Origin: a virus | Lineage: Duplodnaviria > Caudoviricetes | DNA: 30,728 nucleotides | Reading direction: 5' to 3' (one strand) | Virus record (IMG/VR): IMGVR_UViG_3300049178_000002 | Span: 1-30,728 of that record | Part shown: positions 26,390 through 30,728 of the stretch, piece after piece | How positions within the stretch are numbered: the first letter of the stretch is position 1 | How the letters are laid out: each line of letters opens with the position of its first letter | Program-made: the position numbers and the translations under genes | Notes under the pieces: model-generated | Databases searched by the model: none | What the model was told of the DNA's origin: nothing | The model's input: the letters and a program-made list of their open reading frames with translations, nothing else

Positions 26390-26649
26390 CAGAACGTGGT
26401 CTCCGGTGGTGGATCAGGTGGCGGCTCCTCCGGTGGTGGTTCCTCGGTAGCCGGTGGCTCCTCCGGTGCAGGTGGTTCCTCTACAGGAGGTTTCGGCAAG
26501 TCGAAGAACTCCAACTTAGCACTATGCACCGATACCACTGGCAGTGCAGGAGCATGTGCAAGTATGCGTGGCGAGATTGGGCCATCATACTTCTTTGGCT
26601 CATCCGGTGGTGTTTCTTCCACTGGCTGTTCGGGAGGGGTATCACTCAT
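26389..26649 (-). CDS. Pro/Glu-rich low-complexity protein
   Basis: RBS AGGAG; repeated EEPP units; TGATG coupling. Confidence 0.6.
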   Translation of the reverse strand: MSDTPPEQPVEETPPDEPKKYDGPISPRILAHAPALPVVSVHSAKLEFFDLPKPPVEEPPAPEEPPATEEPPPEEPPPDPPPETTF

Positions 26650-26658
26650 CTGCGTCTC

Positions 26659-26901
26659 CTACGATGCAGGCGGTGTAAGCGAGCCAGCCGCAGCAGCATA
26701 CATCACTGCGTTGACCAGTCCCTGCTGCTCTGCGTCATCACATCTGTTCAGTCCCTCACCACGAGTGGAGGACACGGTATCCATCTGACTGATGCACGCA
26801 GCCGGTCCCTGTGCTTCATAGCCAGCAGCAGTCTGTGGCTCAGTCCATGCAAAGTGCGTAACTGACGGATCAGTGGTCGGGGGCGACATCGTTCCAGACA
26901 T
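26659..26901 (-). CDS. Small hypothetical protein
   Basis: RBS AGGAG, 80 aa, directly after the capsid gene. Confidence 0.7.
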   Translation of the reverse strand: MSGTMSPPTTDPSVTHFAWTEPQTAAGYEAQGPAACISQMDTVSSTRGEGLNRCDDAEQQGLVNAVMYAAAAGSLTPPAS

Positions 26902-26911
26902 GCTCTGTCTC

Positions 26912-27880
26912 CTAGTTGGTTACAACAGCATGTGTGCGGTAGCACCGCCACACGCACCACTGGCCCTGCCACACTACGCGGCTGCCAACTGCATCCACGT
27001 TCCACGGGGCCACCAATTCCTTCACCTTCATGTTCACGCCACGCAGCATGTGGAGGCGCAGATAGGTGTCGTTGAGGAAGTATGCAAAGTTCACTGGGCA
27101 GTCTTCGTCATACATCATTGGGATGCCATTGTGCAGGCACCCTTCGAAGCCCAGATCGAACATGCGCTTACCAGCCTTGCCCTCAGACAAGGGAATGGTG
27201 AACTTGTCGCGCACTGCCTGACGGTAGATGCGGTAAATGTTCCGTCCTGTGAGGATCACGCTTGGCCTGTCACCCTTCAGTGTCAGGTCCATCAACACGT
27301 CATCCCACACTTCTTCAATATTGGTGCTGTCTATGCCACCAGCGAACACATATGCAGATGTGCGCCACTGTGGCTGCGTCACTCGGCTAATACCACCGAG
27401 CGAACCAACAGTGGGATTGGTCGGCACAAGCACTGCAAGTCCTTGTGGATCAGTGCCACCACCTGCACCATATAGATACTGTGAGAACTTGTCCTTGATG
27501 CTCTCCTCAAGGACGTTCATCTTCTCCTTCATCAGCTTGAAGATGGCAGCCGCCCCGTTATTCTCGTCCTGCTCCTGGTCACTGATGATGACCGAACCAG
27601 CAACACGCGAATAGCCATACTCCACTGTCTCAAACTCGTCGGTTTGGTTGACCGGCAGAGGCGAGTAATAGCGATACGACGTGACGTTCGGATTGCGGCC
27701 AACGGTGAGCGGATTGGTGATATTGTATCCACCATCCTCATACTCCACTCTGTCGTTAGCGAACGCCCACGCCATGAGTGCGTTGGACTTGATGCTGGCC
27801 ATGACCAGCTTACGACGTGACTTGGTGAGTGTGCTATGCAGCACATCTGCTACCAAGGGGACAATGGTGCCAACCGGCAT
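26912..27880 (-). CDS. Major capsid protein
   Basis: 322 aa after the scaffold. GGYNITNPL, VAGSVIISDQE, KMNVLEESI..KFSQYLYG and PQGL are typical of HK97-fold capsid proteins. Confidence 0.85.
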   Translation of the reverse strand: MPVGTIVPLVADVLHSTLTKSRRKLVMASIKSNALMAWAFANDRVEYEDGGYNITNPLTVGRNPNVTSYRYYSPLPVNQTDEFETVEYGYSRVAGSVIISDQEQDENNGAAAIFKLMKEKMNVLEESIKDKFSQYLYGAGGGTDPQGLAVLVPTNPTVGSLGGISRVTQPQWRTSAYVFAGGIDSTNIEEVWDDVLMDLTLKGDRPSVILTGRNIYRIYRQAVRDKFTIPLSEGKAGKRMFDLGFEGCLHNGIPMMYDEDCPVNFAYFLNDTYLRLHMLRGVNMKVKELVAPWNVDAVGSRVVWQGQWCVWRCYRTHAVVTN

Positions 27881-27891
27881 TACCTACTCCA

Positions 27892-28995
27892 TCAGTTCAG
27901 TTGAACATTACTCTCTCGCATTGCAGAGCGAATGATATCTGCCCATGAGGCATTCTCATTGAACTGCGCCACGTCATTCCCGTTGTTTTGGATAGGCCGT
28001 GCTCCATTACCGGATGCACCGCCACGACCGGGAATGGCGCGTGTCGGCTGCTGAGTAGTCTGCTGATGGGTAGGCTGCTGACCAGCGCGTGCCGCAGCAA
28101 TTTGCTGCTTCAATGGCTGGGTCCAGTCGAGACCGTTCTCATGTGCCCAGCGGATCATCCGTGTATAGGCACTGTGAAGGGTCAAAGAGGGCTGAGCCTG
28201 CAACATTTCTGCAAGCACGTCAAGGTTCGCGTTGGCTTCCTCGTTATCAGAGAGGAAGGTGTCCAATTCCTGCTTGCTTTGAGCCGCAACCTGTTGTTGT
28301 TGCTGCTCTTGTTGGCTCCGCTGTGTGAACGGCTGCATCTTCGTGTCGATCATCCTGGCGATGGCGCTCATGTCCATGCCCGGTGAGACACCTTGTGTCA
28401 GGAAGGGTATCTGATACCCCTTCGACTTCACTTCCTCGACCAAATACTGAAGTGTCCGCACCGGATCACGCATGAAATCAGCCATTACCTTAATGGCAAT
28501 GACTTGATCCTCTGGTGCTACATTCAGTCGCGCTGCTTCCTGTGTTACCTGATTGATGCCACGCAATGCACCACTAACCTGCTGCAACTGTGTCTTCAGT
28601 TGCTGGTTCTCACGTGCGTGTCTCTGTCCTTCCTCATACACACGACGTTCTATACCACCGTGTGCTACAACTCTACCCGTTACCGGATCAACTAAGTCAC
28701 GGACTGCGGGATTATCAGGATTGGCATATTCGAGCAATCCGTCTCGTCGCGTCCTAAACTGCCCTGGCTGTTGCTGGTGTGGAGCAGCGTTAGGGTCACG
28801 GCTGTTTCCACTTTGTGGAACAGGGGCAGACGATGTGCGTCCCTGACCACCAACTTGCTGTCCCGGCTGCGCTGACGTGCGCGTATTGCCGCCTGTGTCT
28901 TGGCCACCAGTGTCGCCACCTATGTCTCCTGCATCATCCTGGAAGTCTGGTATCGTGCTGAGAATGTCGCTCTCGGTAGACTGTGATCCACTCAT
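27892..28995 (-). CDS. Scaffolding protein
   Basis: Disordered acidic/Q-rich N-terminus, helical core, C-terminal SWADIIRSAM helix; lies between portal and capsid. Confidence 0.7.
   Translation of the reverse strand: MSGSQSTESDILSTIPDFQDDAGDIGGDTGGQDTGGNTRTSAQPGQQVGGQGRTSSAPVPQSGNSRDPNAAPHQQQPGQFRTRRDGLLEYANPDNPAVRDLVDPVTGRVVAHGGIERRVYEEGQRHARENQQLKTQLQQVSGALRGINQVTQEAARLNVAPEDQVIAIKVMADFMRDPVRTLQYLVEEVKSKGYQIPFLTQGVSPGMDMSAIARMIDTKMQPFTQRSQQEQQQQQVAAQSKQELDTFLSDNEEANANLDVLAEMLQAQPSLTLHSAYTRMIRWAHENGLDWTQPLKQQIAAARAGQQPTHQQTTQQPTRAIPGRGGASGNGARPIQNNGNDVAQFNENASWADIIRSAMRESNVQLN
28806..28820. repeat. Palindrome variant TTCCACTTTGTGGAA (inside CDS, reads PQSG)
   Basis: One substitution relative to the core. 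Confidence 0.7.
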
Positions 28996-30728
28996 GCTGC
29001 TTGTCCTTGTCCTGCACTCGCTTGGCTAGCGAGCATTGTCTGGAATATCTGCTGCGGTGGTATGCCTTGTGCGAGTGCTTGCCCGATTGCTTGCAGAACA
29101 GGTGGTGGCAGTTGCTGCAACGCCTGCACAACGGCAGCCGCCACCTGCATACCACCACCACCTGCCTGGGACGCACCAGTATCACCGGGAGGGGGTTGGC
29201 CAGCAGATGCCGAGGCACCACCTGCTTGCCCTGGTGCGCCACCCATTTGGGCCGTAGCCATCTGCTGTGTCTCAGCAGTGATTGCGTCCCAATCCTCTTT
29301 TGTAATCATAAAGTCGTCGAACGCTTTGCTAAGCATGTTCAACGTAGCCTTCAGCGCCGATGCAGGCGCCGCCCGAACGTATTGCGCGAGCACTTGCCCT
29401 ACTTGCACAGCCTCTTGCTTCTTCTGCTGTGAAGTCATCTTCTGCGTGCTGCCGCCAACAATCGTCAACGACAGACGTTGATAGTCATGCACATTGTCGA
29501 GTGGCGACCAGAAAGGTGAAACGTCCATTCCTGTGAGCTGCGAAGCTGTTTGCACATCCATGAACCGCAAGCACAACTGACACAGCTTCCATCCGATGTC
29601 GCCCAATGCGTCCTCGATTGCATCGAGGCGCATGTCCATTCGCATGTTGCCCATCGTGCTGTAGTAGTCGATCGCACGGTTTGTGGTATTTGTCTTAAAC
29701 TCGCCTCCCCGTTCGACTTCGTTTGTGCTTGCGATCCTGTCGATGCTGGCATACAAGTCTTTCTTGTCGAACAACTGTGCGAAGTTGATGCTTGGCGGCA
29801 CCAACGAGAAGATCATCTTCTGCGGATCGACACCATCGGGCACATCTAGTGGCGTTGCCGTCACGTCTGGACCCTTTAGTATCTTATCTGCTGCCTCCTG
29901 CGTTATCCCAGCGTTCTTGTTATAGAAGATATTACGTCGCGCCCAAAGCAGTGCTCTACGACGCTCATCGTTGATCTCGTTAATCTGGTCCTGCTGGTCA
30001 AGGTAATAGCTAACCTCTCCCTTGGCGTAGACCGCGCCGGGATTGTCGTGGAACCACATCGGAGTGAGAGGATAGAAGCCCTGTAGTTGGTATGGATCGT
30101 CCCATACCCAGATGGGCCACTTCCAGTCGTTGTCAGCATAGAGTTCTAGCCTCCGTGTCACCTTGTCCCAAACATACCACACCTTCGTATAACACGCCTT
30201 GTCATACGCATCACGACTATCAAAGCCATATGCGTTGTAGTTGTTCTGGTTGTTCTTGCTGAACAGTGTAAAGTCATCTTCTGACGTATCCCCTCCACCA
30301 CCAGTGGACAGGATGTGTGTAGGCTCGAAAATGCTCCGCTGTTCTTCTGTCTCCTCATCCTCAATCGCGAACCGTGCGTTGATATACTGCGTTGGCAGCA
30401 TATCACCGATCATCACCCAGTTGCAGTCAGAGAGATACGGATCGCTTCCATTCGGATCACGCAATACCTGATGAGGCATCCGAACACGAACGAAAGGGCC
30501 GCTCGGTTGTAGGAACTCGATCTTCTCCTCCAACGCCGTGAGGTTGCCTTCAATCTCTCGTATTTCCTCAGCATCCTCTGCTTCTGCCAACTGCTGCGAC
30601 AACGCCAACAAGTCCTGCATCGCTTGTTCGCTCGATTGGTCCTTCTGTGTGTAGCCAATCTCAAACCATGCCATGTTGGTGAGTAGACAGATCAGCACAT
30701 TCTTCTTCGCCTTGGGCTTTATGTTCAC
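28992..30728 (-). CDS. Portal protein (5' end outside the window)
   Basis: More than 578 aa, upstream of the scaffold. Podovirus portal-like features: QQDQINEIN..RR helix, KVWYVWDK, Q-rich C-terminal tail. Confidence 0.8.
   Translation of the reverse strand: MNIKPKAKKNVLICLLTNMAWFEIGYTQKDQSSEQAMQDLLALSQQLAEAEDAEEIREIEGNLTALEEKIEFLQPSGPFVRVRMPHQVLRDPNGSDPYLSDCNWVMIGDMLPTQYINARFAIEDEETEEQRSIFEPTHILSTGGGGDTSEDDFTLFSKNNQNNYNAYGFDSRDAYDKACYTKVWYVWDKVTRRLELYADNDWKWPIWVWDDPYQLQGFYPLTPMWFHDNPGAVYAKGEVSYYLDQQDQINEINDERRRALLWARRNIFYNKNAGITQEAADKILKGPDVTATPLDVPDGVDPQKMIFSLVPPSINFAQLFDKKDLYASIDRIASTNEVERGGEFKTNTTNRAIDYYSTMGNMRMDMRLDAIEDALGDIGWKLCQLCLRFMDVQTASQLTGMDVSPFWSPLDNVHDYQRLSLTIVGGSTQKMTSQQKKQEAVQVGQVLAQYVRAAPASALKATLNMLSKAFDDFMITKEDWDAITAETQQMATAQMGGAPGQAGGASASAGQPPPGDTGASQAGGGGMQVAAAVVQALQQLPPPVLQAIGQALAQGIPPQQIFQTMLASQASAGQGQAA

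Larger units (their letters stand above)
1..30728. mobile_element. Fragment of a tailed dsDNA phage genome (podovirus-like), with convergent replication (+) and virion (-) arms
   Basis: Dense coupled ORFs. Portal-scaffold-capsid-adaptor-nozzle-fibre-ejection order on the - strand; phage-type PolA, helicase and nucleases on the + strand; no tape measure, sheath or host housekeeping genes. Confidence 0.95.

Noticed and set aside
12314-30512. Numerous + strand ORFs opposite the virion genes (e.g. 18551-19126, 24936-25583, 26873-27475)
   Set aside because: Antisense shadows of well-supported - strand genes, with no recognisable motifs.
1-30728. Genome-wide alternative genetic code (TGA = Trp or Gly)
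   Set aside because: Long genes are intact under code 11, use TGG for Trp, and several end in TGA with ATGA/TGATG coupling. Only 7832-8473 is affected.
1-30728. tRNA, rRNA, integrase or intron/intein
   Set aside because: None recognisable by eye. Intergenic gaps are short, and the polymerase and helicase motifs are contiguous.

Overview
The whole window is part of a tailed dsDNA phage genome with podovirus-like gene order. The left arm (+ strand, 1-12277) carries early, recombination and replication genes: endonuclease VII-like HNH, DUF932-like protein, Cas4-like PD-(D/E)XK nuclease, Sak4-like AAA ATPase, SSB-like protein, RecD-like helicase, a UDG-like/3'-5' exonuclease/PolA fusion and a DUF3987-like ATPase. 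The right arm (- strand, 12298-30728) carries virion genes: partial portal, scaffold, major capsid, decoration, adaptor, nozzle, tail fibre with S74 chaperone, two GNATs and four ejection-type proteins. Three signals stand out. (1) The palindrome TCCACATTGTGGA occurs exactly 11 times, plus 3 one-base variants: inside genes in several reading frames, in intergenic hairpins, between terminators and RBSs, and at the convergence point of the two arms. This suggests a genome-wide operator or roadblock system. (2) A hidden 213-codon gene (7832-8473) is interrupted only by two in-frame TGA codons in Trp-like contexts and has no TGG codon. (3) The endonuclease VII gene appears to have inserted into a small gene and is followed by a synonymously recoded copy of that gene's RBS and first 8 codons. 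All family calls come from motifs recognised by eye; no database search was run.
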